Assembly: GCA_013265495.1 (NCBI GenBank)
Contig: MU061544.1
Location: 396,214 to 460,213 of the forward strand
DNA from: Vicugna vicugna
Taxonomy: Eukaryota
Direction of reading: 5' to 3'
DNA: 64,000 nucleotides
Part shown: in pieces, positions 11,712-22,899 of the stretch
How positions within the stretch are numbered: the stretch's first letter is position 1
Layout of the letters: every line of letters begins with the position of its first letter
Position numbers and translations under genes: made by a program
The notes under the pieces: generated by a model
What the model was told of the DNA's origin: nothing
The model's input: the letters and a program-made list of their open reading frames with translations, nothing else
The model's database searches: none

Positions 11712-13512
11712 AGATCCTGGTATAAACCCTAAAGAAGCAACCAGAAAACTACTAGAACTCATCAATGGATTTGGTAAAATTTCAGGATACAAAATTAATA
11801 TACAGAATGCATTTGTATTACACTAACAATGGAATAGGAGAAAAAAAATTAGGGAAATGATTTACAATCACACCAAAAAGAATAAAATACCTAGGAATAA
11901 ATCTACCCAAGGAGGCAAAAGACCTATATTCTGAAAACCGTAAGACACTGATAAAAGAAATTGAAGACGATATAAACAAATGGAAAGATATACTGTGTTC
12001 TTGGTATAAAAGAATAAATACTGTTAAAAATGGCGTACCACCCAAGGCAATATACAGATTCAAGGCAATCCCTCTCAAATTATCAACAACATTTTTAACA
12101 GAGCTGGAACAACAAAAAAAAAATTTAAAATTTGTATGGAAACACAAAAGACCCCAAACAGCCAAAACAATCTTGAAAAAGAACAGAGCTGGGGGAATTA
12201 TGCTCCCTGACTTCAGACTATACTGCAAAGCTACAGTAACCAAAACAGTATGGTACTGGCACAAAAACAAACACATAGATCAATGGAATAGGATAAAGCC
12301 CAGAAATAAACCCATTCAGTTATGATCAATTAATCTACAACAAAGGAGGCAAGAGTATACAATGGAGAAAAGACAGTCCCTCCAACAAGTGGTGCTGGGA
12401 AAACTGGACAGCTACCTGTAAGAGACTGAAATTAGAACATTCTCTAACACCAGATACAAAAATAAACTCAAAATGGACTAAAGACCAAAATGTTAAGACC
12501 AGATACTATAAAACTCCAAGAGGAAAACATAGGCAGAACACTCTTGGACATAAATCACAGCAATACTTTTTTTGAACCAGCTCCTAGAGTAACGGAAATA
12601 AAAGCAAAAATAAATAGACGGGACCTAATTAAACTTAAAAGCTTTTGCACAGCTAAGGATACCATCAACAAAACGAACAGACAACCTACAGAGTGGGAGA
12701 AAATATTTGCAAATGATGTGACTGACAAAGGACAAATTACCAAAATATACAAACAACTCATAAACCTTTGCATCAAAAAAACAAGCAACCCAATCAAAAA
12801 ACTTAGCAGAAGACCTAAATAGACAGCTCTCCAAAGAAGACAGATGGCCAATAAGCACATGAAAACATGCTGAACATTGCTAACTGTTAGAGAAATGCAA
12901 ATCAAAACTACAATGAGATAATGACCTCACATCAGTCAGAATGGCCATCATTAAAAAGTCTACAAACAATAAATGCTGGAGAGGGTGTGGAGAAAAAGGA
13001 ACCCTCCTACACTGTTGGTGGGAATGTAAATTGGTGCAGCCACTATGGAGGACAGTATGGAGGTTCCATAAAAAACTAAAAATAGACTTACCATACGATC
13101 CAACAATCCCACTCCTGGGAATATACCTGGAGAAAAATATAATTCAAAAATACACATGCACCCCAATGTTCATAGCAGCACTATTTATACTAGCCAAGGC
13201 ATGGAAACAACCCAAATGTCCATCAACAGATGACTGGATAAAGAAGATGTGGTATATATATACAATGGAATACTCCTCAGCCATAAAAATAATGCCATTT
13301 ATAGCAACATGGATGGACCTGGAGAATGTCATTCTAAGTAAGCCAAAAAGAGAAAGAAAAATACCATATGATATGGCTTATAAGTGGAATCTAAAAAAAA
13401 AGGACACAAATTAAGTTATCTACAAAACAGAAACAGACTTACAGAGAACAAACTTATGGTTACCAAAGGAAAAAGAGGGTGGGAAGGGATAAATCAAGAG
13501 TTTGAAATTTGT
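11712..13512 (+). mobile_element. 5'-truncated young L1: late RT and C-terminal part of ORF2 plus part of the 3' UTR, frameshifted
   Basis: ORF pieces [51 protein letters not shown], and [25 protein letters not shown] (L1 ORF2 Cys-rich domain). Confidence 0.95.
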
Positions 13513-13640
13513 ACCTCTTGGGGAGTTATGGAAATGTTAGCTATCTTGATTGTGGTGGTGGTTTCATGCGTGTATATATCTATCAAAATTCATCAAATTG
13601 AACATCTAAAATATGTGCAAGAATTCCACAATAAAGGTAT
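13513..13640 (+). mobile_element. Old L1M (L1MC/D/E-type) extreme 3' end
   Basis: 'atggaaatgttagctatcttgattgtggtggtggtttcatg...tcaaaattcatcaaattgaacatctaaaatatgtgca...caataaag'. Confidence 0.8.
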
Positions 13641-13649
13641 GAAAAATTT

Positions 13650-13850
13650 ACATTTAGGTGCTCACACCAGTTTATGTCTCTAGCAGCTTTTCCTCCAAGT
13701 GAGCAGATCTTGTATTCCCTGGATCCACCTGTCTCTCCAGATTTAAGGGTGCTAGTTTGCTCCGTGACCTCAGTTCTCTAACGTCTTCAAGAAAATAAAT
13801 CACAGATTTTTAATTTGTTTCGCTTTTTCTTGTAAAGATGGGAGTGACAA
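13650..13850 (-). mobile_element. Old L1M 5' UTR remnant
   Basis: 'gtttgctccgtgacctcagttctct...tttttcttgtaaagatgggagtgacaac' resembles an antisense L1M 5' end. Confidence 0.55.
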
Positions 13851-15549
13851 CATGTGGGGGTATTTCCATGGTACCAAGTTGGTCTAAGAAGATGCACGTC
13901 CCTCATACAGCCAGTCCTGCTGAAAAATGAAAGCTCTTTCTGATCACTTTGTAAAATATTTTAATTTTGTTCATTATAAGTCCCTGTGTAACCAATAAAA
14001 CCAGATATAATTTACTTCTCCCATGCCTGGGTATACTAGAAAGATGATTCATGCACAAATTCAGACCAAACTTGTCAGTGTATTAGAAAATCAAGGTTAT
14101 CCTCAGGTAGCTGCTGAAATTAGCCTTGCTGTCATAAATCTGGCATGAAACACTAGATATCCATGTCTTACCAAATTGTCCCTTTTCTCCCTAATCTATC
14201 TCAGTTTGACTTTTTAGTAGCTCTAGAGTTCTATTTCCTGAATAGCATGCTGTTCTCCCTATGGTCCTACAAACACACTCTAAACACAAATTTGCTTAAC
14301 TTGGATCCTCATTAATAGGCATTGTCTTTCCAAGGTTCTCTTTCTGTATTTCAACAACTCATTCAGATTTAGCTCCAAAATGGATGGACCTTCTTCAAAT
14401 ATTGTATCCACATGACAGAACACACTGCAACTGCTCAGACATTGCTGAAAACAGGCTTTTCCCAACAGTGTTCTCATTTACAAAGACTTAACATTTCTAC
14501 CACCAACCCTTGGGCATTGTGCTATGAAGTACTGCTATTTCTTATGAGTAGCACTGAGTTAGTTTCCCTAGTCACAGTCTCAATCTGTTTTTCTGTATTT
14601 AGGATCCATTAATGAAATCTTAAGATGCACTGAAGCTGAGGTCACATACATTAAGTTACCACTTGTGTATATTTCAAGAGAGTGGCAAAACACACACACA
14701 CACACACATATAAAACACATACCAGATGTGTATTTTTGACAGGAAGGATACTGCACTGTGTAGTCACTGAAACCATATCAAACATTCACAAAATAATAAG
14801 ATTTTTATTCATACATGTTAGGAAAAACAGTCTATTTACAAATACCCAAAGTCCCTCGCAACTTCTTGAATATGCCCAGACACCAAGAGTATGGCTTCTT
14901 AGCACAAGAAACTTAGAGACAAACAAGAAATTGCATAGCCTCACTAAAATTAGAGATTTTAAATCTTTTTCCCCCATTGTTTGCAGAGGCTTATAAAAGC
15001 CAAAATAAAGTCTGTCTATATTCTATACGATTCATAGATATCTATGACAACACAATTTAATAGGAACTGACAAAATACAACTCAGCAGACCTATAAAGGG
15101 AAATCTTTTAGACTCTGAAAAAAAACCAATTTCCCACTTATTTTAGAGGACTAAGTTGCTAGGAGTCTTCACATTTTATTGTGTGCCAATTCTCCTCTCT
15201 TTTCATTCCATTTTGCACAATATATTGGACAAATTTGGGATTGAATACAACCATTTATGAAACTGACCATTTTAGAAACAGGATAAATGAAGATAAGAGG
15301 TTTGTATTACTCACCTGCCTTCAGTGAAGAGCTCTGAAATCCTTTAAATCTTTTGGTAGATAGTTTCAGAGGTAGTGTTCAAGTTAATTGATGCTCAACA
15401 GGAAAACAGACCTGCCTGCTAAGGAAGGACCTTGGAGGCTTTTCAACATCTCGATATAGTTCCAGCAGCAGAAAGTTTAGTTCTGCCCTAGCCTAGCTGG
15501 CTTCAGTCAAAAGGTAATGCTATTTCAGAAGCCCGGACCGTATACCACA

Positions 15550-16310
15550 CAAGTCCACACTAGATAAAGGAATCTGGATGAATGAATAGCATCTCTTTGG
15601 CAAAGGCGCTATACTAAAACTTGGTTTAGGAATCAGATGCTAGTCTCTAGCAACACTGAAGCCTGAGGTCATGTGAGTTTTAAGGTCTTAGAATGGATAA
15701 CGTGGAAATTGTATAGTCTGGAGGTAAAGGACTGAGCTCACTGACAGCAAAACTCACGGCAAACAGGTCAAGAGCTGTTGATAGACAGACATCTTTAGGT
15801 GACGAAATACCATGGGAAATAATGTGACACCAGCTATAAACCTGAAGTGGAGGCGGTTGGTTGGTCATGTGCCTGAAGGTGTTTTCCAAAGCATAACACA
15901 GATTAAAAGAGCCCAAGGACAGCTGTGGACTCACTGGATGAAGAAGACAAAGAAAAATATTTGGGGCCATAGAGGCAGCTGGAACTTGTGGATGGAGAAC
16001 TGAGAAGGGAGAACTGTAGGAAAAGGGATCTAAAAAAAAAATCTACGTATAAATCCCCCCTTAGATCCTTGGCCAGTTCCTAAGTTGAACCTATGCAGGG
16101 TGACACTCCAGGAGGCCAAGAAGAGACTTCAGCGATCCCATAATATTGGGGAGACACTAGAGCTGGAGCTATTCCAAATGGAGAAGACTTTCATGAACAT
16201 ACCAGATTTTCAAATGACACCTCAGAAAAGCTATACCTGAGAACTAAAGATGATGTTCTAAGAATACATGCAAAACAGAAACAGACTCACTCTAACAAAG
16301 CTTAAAACTG
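15550..16310 (+). mobile_element. Old L1M 5' UTR remnant
   Basis: 'aagagacttcagc', 'ggggagacactagag' and 'acagactcactctaacaaagcttaaaac' resemble L1M 5' region. Confidence 0.5.
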
Positions 16311-16319
16311 TCCTTGTGT

Positions 16320-16415
16320 TTTATTTTAACGAGGTAAGAATACTTAATAGGAGCTCTACCCTTTTAAAATCTTAAGTGTACAATACATTAATGTTGACTA
16401 TAGGTTCAGTGTTGT
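16320..16415 (-). mobile_element. L1MA-type 3' end fragment
   Basis: 'ggtaagaatacttaa...ctctacccttttaaaatcttaagtgtacaatacattaatgttgactatagg'. Confidence 0.65.
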
Positions 16416-16984
16416 TAGAATTGTGGTGATCAACATTCTTAAGAGGAAAATGACATAATAAAGAGCCTCTAAAATCCTTTTCGGTACTTGGCATTCTATA
16501 AACCAAACAAACAAAAACTGGATATACAAAGAAGCAGGGAAAAGTAGCTGAAGAAGTGCTAGTAAAATCAGTCTCAGAAACGATACTGGAACTGGCACAC
16601 AAAAGCTTCCAAATAACCAATTTATAAGCTAAATATTTATTACCTACAGTTGTGGGGAGGAGTAAGTGAAATCATGTATGCACAAATGTTTAGTACTTAA
16701 ATGTTTTCTTTCCACTTAGACATTGCGAGAAAAACACTGCAAATTCTTAGTAACTACTGATTTCTTGATGTTACAAAGAACACCATTCTTAGAAATAATT
16801 ATTTTGAACTAACAGATTAGAACAAGACTAAGACAAATAGTTTTATTTCACATGAATTATACTCCAAATGTGTCTTCATAAGAATATATCGTGGTTTCGA
16901 TGACTGAACTTTTGTCTTAAACAGCAGTATAATAAGCTATTTAGAGTATGTTCTGCAAAAGATACCTAATTTAAATAATAATTT

Positions 16985-17034
16985 ATACCAGAAATTAACA
17001 CAACATTGTAGATCGACTATAGCTCAATAAAAAA
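16985..17034 (+). mobile_element. Ultra-short young L1 3' terminus
   Basis: 'taccagaaattaacacaacattgtagatcgactatagctcaataaaaa' equals the last ~45 nt of the L1 copies ending at 19245, 24534 and 59267. Confidence 0.75.
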
Positions 17035-17809
17035 TCATAACAGATTACTTTTATTCATTTAACTTCGAGTTTAATCTTTCATGAACATTTGCTAAATTCT
17101 GTATATAGTCTGCTGTTATTCACCATTTATTGACAATAATGTAAGGTTTGAGGGAACATAAGGTTAAAAAATGAAAAAATTCTTATGAATTTTACGCCAT
17201 ATAATAGTTCAAACTGGGAAAATGAAATAGCATAAGTGGCAAAATTTAGAAAGAATAAAAGAGAACATAGGTGCTAAAACTACACGGAAAATGTTACATA
17301 TAAGAAATTTCAATAAATTATCATTATCATCAAAAAGCACTTAAGTGCCCACCTGTACCCGGAACTCTTTAGAAAGTGAACAAAGCAAATTACATGACAA
17401 GCTACTTTTAGCATAAAAAATATGATATACTGATATGTTTTAGGAATAATTTGTTTAGAATATACATTTAGTATATTGGAAAAAATGCATGCTCGCACTA
17501 TTCAGTTTTTTAGCGTCGCATATAATCATTATGCAAAATTACTTACCTTTCAAACTTCAGCAGTAATACTGTAGGATGACGGAGGCTTGAGCTTAATAAT
17601 AAATAAATATATAATAATTTAATATTCTATTATTTGGAATGGCAAGCTGCTGAAATCATCACTCTCAAGGCTATATTTCCCTGGGCTATATTTCAACAAT
17701 ATCATTTAAGGGGTAGGAGGAAAAACATCACTCAGTAACACTTCTCCCTGTAATGTTGTTCTACAAAAACATTTCATGGTTAATCAACAGTCATTAATTT
17801 CTATGCAAT

Positions 17810-18340
17810 ACACTTTTTCATTCATTCATTCACTCACTTATTCATCAATAAATTTATTCACATTCCAATTATTTACTGAACATCTATCTGTCTGTCTGGC
17901 AGGATTCCAGTCACCGAGGATACAGCAGAGAGCGAGACATTCAAAGTTGCTGCAAGAAAGGATGCTGCATTCTAACTAGGGGAACCAGAAACTAACTTGT
18001 GAAATAAATAGATAGGATAATTTCAGATGTGAGAACTATACTGAAAAAAGGCAGGGTTTTAAATAAAGTTAAAGAGAACTGCTTTTGGATTTCAGGAAAG
18101 GCAGAGAGAGACCTGAATATCAGTGAAAAGCAGGCTAGGTAAAGATTTTGGAAAATAGTGTTCCAGGCAGAGGGAACTGCAAGTGAAAAGGTATAAAAAT
18201 GAACTTGCTTCATTCTTTTTTCAAGGAAGAGGAAAAAAGGCTAGTGTGCATAAAGCTTAGGGCACAGGGATTTGGGATTCGATTAGAAGTGGGCTAGGAT
18301 GCCACTGGGGAGTTTTAAGAACAACAACATGATCTGATTT
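17810..18340 (-). mobile_element. L2 3' end remnant
   Basis: (TTCA)n tail, 'atttactgaacatctat', and 'gtgttccaggcagagggaactgcaagtgaaaagg'. Confidence 0.75.
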
Positions 18341-18344
18341 CTAA

Positions 18345-19435
18345 AATTTAAGTATTTTGTTTAAGTATTAGATGTATAAAAAGTATATAAATCACAATTC
18401 TACAACTTGATTAATTTTTTAAAATAAACACACCTTGGTAACAATCAGTCATATAAAAAGTAGAACATTAACAGCACCCCAGAAACCCATCATACCACTA
18501 TCCCACCAAAAGTAACCATGCCTGAATTCTCTTAGTTTTGCCTCTTTTTGAACTTCTATAAATGGAATTCTGTCATTTGTGGTTAGCTTTTCTTGCTCAA
18601 CATTGTGTCTGTGAGGTTCATCCATGTTGTTACCTGTACCATGTATCTCAATTTATTTTTCTGCTCTGCTACTGATTGACATTTAAATTGCTTCCACTTG
18701 AGGGATACTGCAAATAATGCTGCTAAAAATATTCCCATACACAACCACAAGTGAACAGCCACATTTGTCTTGGAAATATAATTCGAAAAGGTCACAGGTA
18801 AAAGATGCCCATTCCTCTAAATAATGCCATTTGCAGCAACATGGATGGACACAGAGATTATCATACTAAGTGAAGTAAGTCAGAGAAAGACAAATATCTC
18901 ATGATACCACTTACATGTGGAATCTAAAAAATTAAACAAATGAATTTATTTACAAAACAGAAACAGCCTCACAGACATAGAAAACAAACTTACGGTTACC
19001 AAAGGGGAAAGTGGAAGAGAAATAAATTAGGAGTTTGGGATTAACAGATACACACTACTATATATAAAATAGATTAAAAGGGTCTACTGTACAGCACAGG
19101 GAATATCTGTGCTAGAATATAAGGTATTCAACATCTTATAGTAACCTATAATGAAAAAGAATACACACACACACACATATATAACTGAATCACTACGCAG
19201 TACACCAGAAACTAATGCATTGTAAATCATCTGCGCTTCAATAAAAAAGAAATCCATTCTTAGTAAATATTATCAGAGTTTTTCAAAGCAGATTACCAAT
19301 CTATATTCATCAGCAATGTGTGTGAGTTCTAGCTGTTATGTAGGTTTTTAAATAGGTCTGATGTTGTTAAATAGGTTTTTATTTAATTTTAGCTATTTTA
19401 CTGGGAATGTTGTAATGTCTCTTTGTGATTTTTAA
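18345..19435 (-). mobile_element. Old L1ME-type 3' region (outer element of the nested stack), interrupted at 18819-19245
   Basis: 'tagaacattaacagcaccccagaa', 'gtgaggttcatccatgttgtt', and continuation 'tttcaaagcagattaccaatctatattcatcagcaatgtg'. Confidence 0.7.
18819..19245 (+). mobile_element. 5'-truncated young L1 3' UTR
   Basis: 'ataatgccatttgcagcaacatggatggac' through 'cttcaataaaaa'. Degenerate TSD aaaagatgcccattc / aaaagaaatccattc. Confidence 0.9.
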
Positions 19436-20690
19436 AAAAGTATACATGTTATGGTTTTGTTTTTATTTTGCATATATTTTATATATTTAAAAGATAAGAA
19501 CACGTTTCATGTTTAAACTTACAGAACAAGTTTTCACAAATGTAAACACTCATATAATCACTACTACAATCAAAATATTTTACTTTCATCACCCCACAAT
19601 TCCTCTCATGTTTCTGTGTGATTAACCCTACCGACCTATCACCCCAGGCAACCACCGATCAGCTTTTGGTCACAGTAGATCAGTTTTGCTTCTTCTATAA
19701 TTTCATATATGTGAAATTATACTGTAGGCATTCTTTTGTGTCTGTTTTCTTTTGTTCTGCATACTCTTTCACACTACTGTGTGTATCACTAGCTTTTTCA
19801 TTTTTACTGCAAAGTAGTATCACAGTATATGGATATACCACAAATTATCATCCAACTTTTATCCATTCATATGTTGATGAACATTCGAGTCACTTCTAAT
19901 TCATTGTTATTATGAATAAAGTTGTTCTGAACACTCACATGCAAATCTTTATGAGGACAAGTTTCCTTTTCTCTTCACTCCACCTTAGAATTGAGTTGTA
20001 GGGAGTTTGTGATAAATATATGTTTAATTTTATCAGAAACACCTGAACAGTTCTCCAAAGCAGTTGGACAAATTTTATGCTCCTGACACTAACATGTGAA
20101 AAGTTTCACTTTCTCCTCATGCTTGCCATCATTTGCAACTGTCCACCTTTCAAATTTTAGGTACTGTAGTGATGTGTGGCATTAATGGTATCCCAAAAAG
20201 AGCGGACATTTTAACTTTGACGATCTTTCTTTTCTTATATGATTGGTGTTTTATGCATGATAATATTTGCTTATGCATAGATTGCAAAGTTTTTAAAATA
20301 TGTTTTCTTATAGATATTTATAGGTTTCACTTTTACCTTTAAGTCTATAATCCATTTTATGGTGAATTTATGGTGTAAGAATCTGGTTAAGGTTCATTTT
20401 CTTCAGAATTATATCTCAGAATTTCAGCACCAATTGTTGAAAATTTTATTTTCACCCATTGAATTGTCTTGGTATTTAAAAAGAAAACTAACTGAACACA
20501 TAGGAATGTGACTCTTTTTCTGGACATCCTGTTCCATCTTATTATTTTATGTGTGCATCCCTTATGTCGATATTATACTGTCCTAATTACTATAGCTTTA
20601 TAAGTTTAGAAAGGGGGTAGAATAAGTCCTCAAGATTTGTATTTTTTCAAAATTATTTTGACAAGTCTAAGTCCTTCAATTTTCCATATA

Positions 20691-21483
20691 CAGTAGACCC
20701 CCCCACCTTATCCACAGGGATATATTTCAAGATGCCTGATGGATGCTTGAAACCACAGACAGTACCAAACCGTATATATACTATGTTTTTTTCCTACACG
20801 TACATGACTATAAGAAAGTTTCATTTATAAACAAGGCATAGTAAGAGATTAACTATAATAATAGAATAATTGCAACAATATACAGTAATAAAAGTTACAT
20901 AAATATGGTCTCTCTCTCAAAATATCTTACTGTACACATTTAATGCTTTTTCTATCTTAACTAAGCACTTCCCATATCCTGTGACTGTAACTTTTGCAGT
21001 CTGAGGTGCTATAGCAAAACTAGCACAAATTTCTTTTTCCTTCTTCACAGTTTCAAAGATAGATTTGTTCTTACTGTTGATCTTAGCCACCTCAGCATAC
21101 GAACTTTTTTTTCCTTATTAAGTTGAGAACTTACACCTTTCACTCAAAGGAAGCAATTTAGAGTTTCTCTTATTATATTCGAATTGCCAGCATAACTACT
21201 CTTGCCCTTTGGAGCCATTATTAAGGAAAATAAGGGTTGCTTGAACTCGGGCACTGCAGCTGGTATGATAACCTAGACAGACACTAGTCACTAACAGATG
21301 GGATACACTGGACAAAGGCATGGAGCAAGATGGCTTGAGATTTCATCCTGCTACTCAGAACAGTGTGTATTTTAAAACTAGTAAGCTGTTTGTAGAGTTT
21401 TTCATTTAATATTTTCAGACTGAGGTTCACTGAGGGCAACTGAAACCACAGAAAGTGAAACCTTAGGTAAGGGGCGACTGCTG
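20691..21483 (-). mobile_element. MER44 (Tigger7-derived TcMar non-autonomous DNA transposon)
   Basis: Terminal inverted repeats cagtagacccccccaccttatcc / ggtaaggggcgactgctg, TA at the left flank (20689-20690), and internal 'ggatgcttgaaaccacagacagtaccaaacc' and 'actgaaaccacagaaagtgaaacc'. Confidence 0.85.
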
Positions 21484-22087
21484 TCAACATTTACAATCAG
21501 CTTGTTAATTCCTGGGGAAAACACCAAGCCTGCTTGGATTTTGACAGGGCTAGCCTTGATAATATAGATAATTTTGGAAGAATTGACATCTGAACAAAAT
21601 TGAGTTGTCTGATCCATGAATAAGGAATATCACTCCGATTCTTTAAGCCTCCATTTCTCTTTTCAATATTTTCTAGTTACAGTGTACAGGCCTTTCATAT
21701 TTTTAAAAAATTTATACATAAGCATTTCATGATTTTGATGCTCTTATAAATGGAACTGATATTGAATAAACATCCTGAAAGCAGATATCTTGACTTTTTC
21801 CTTGGTTTTAGGAAAAGTACTTAGTCTTTACCATTAAATTGGAAGTCAGTGTTAGTTTTTTTTCCAAGGCACCCTTTATCGTATTAAGTAAATTCCTTAT
21901 TATTGCTAGTTTGACTGAGATGTTTTATGATAAGTGAGTATTGAATTTTGTCAAATAATTTTTCTGCATATACCGAGTTGATCATTTGATTTAGTCATGC
22001 CTGTTTTTGTACTGACAAAGTTTTTTCATGACATTTCCTTATTTTTCTTTTAATATCCAGAAGATTTACACTTGTGTCTTAATTCTT

Positions 22088-22230
22088 TTTTTAATTTTTA
22101 ATTTTTTTAGGGGAGGAAGTAATTAGGTTTATTTATTTACTTATTTTTTAAGTGGAGGTACTGGGGATTGAACCCAGGACCTTGTGCATGCTAGGCAGGC
22201 ACTCTACCACTGAGCTATCCCCCCTCCCCC
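22088..22230 (-). mobile_element. Camelid tRNA-Ala-derived SINE (Vic-1-like)
   Basis: Head GATAGCTCAGTGGTAGAGTGCCTGCCTAGCATGCACAAGGTCCTGGGTTCAATCCCCAGTACCTCCA, tail 'aacctaattacttcctcccc', and TSD-like tctt(t)aattctt on both sides. Confidence 0.9.
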
Positions 22231-22899
22231 TGACATCTTTAATTCTTAATATTGATCATTTGTGCCTTCTGTTTCTTAATCAACTTACATTTTTATCAAT
22301 GTTATTGTTCTTTTAATAGAAGCCTTTTTTGTTTCATTACATTTCTCTAATGTTTTCTGTTGTCTATACCCTTGATTTTCACTTTTACCTTAGTTATTTC
22401 TTTATTTTTACTTCCTTTGGGCTTAATTTTCCTTTTACTTTTAATTTTATTAATTTTTTCTTCCTTTTAAAAAGTATCCCATGGTGGAAGCTTAGATCAC
22501 AGATCTCATACACATATATAAATATTTCACTTCAGATGCATCCCACAGATTTTGTACTTATGCTTCTTATTTTAATTCAAAAAAATTTTTTACTTTCTTT
22601 TATTATTTCTTCTTCAATCAATGCATAATTTAGAAATGGACTGTTTAATCTCCAAATAGTTAAGGATTTTACAGTTACCCGTTATTGAATTCTAATTTAA
22701 TTCTATTTTGGTCAAAGAACATACTCTGATATGAATTCTTTGAAATGTATAGAGACTCTTTATATGGTCTAGAATGTCATCTATGCTGGTGAATATTCCA
22801 TACGAACTTGAAAAGAATGCGTATTTCACTATATCAGGTAGACTGCTCTACAAAAATCAATTATGCAAAGTTTTCTATTCCTACTTTATTAGGAATTAA

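Larger units (their letters stand above)
19450..22880 (-). mobile_element. Old L1M (L1MB-like) 3' UTR plus ORF2 fragments, interrupted by MER44 and a SINE
   Basis: 'ccccaggcaaccaccgatcagctttt', 'cagcaccaattgttgaaaa' and 'gaacttgaaaagaatgcgtatt' are antisense L1 3' UTR, ORF2 C-terminal and endonuclease sequences. Confidence 0.75.

Noticed and set aside
11818..13414. Long ORFs of 110-157 aa on both strands
   Set aside because: The plus-strand ORFs are frameshifted pieces of L1 ORF2 and the minus-strand ones are antisense shadows, so none is a host gene
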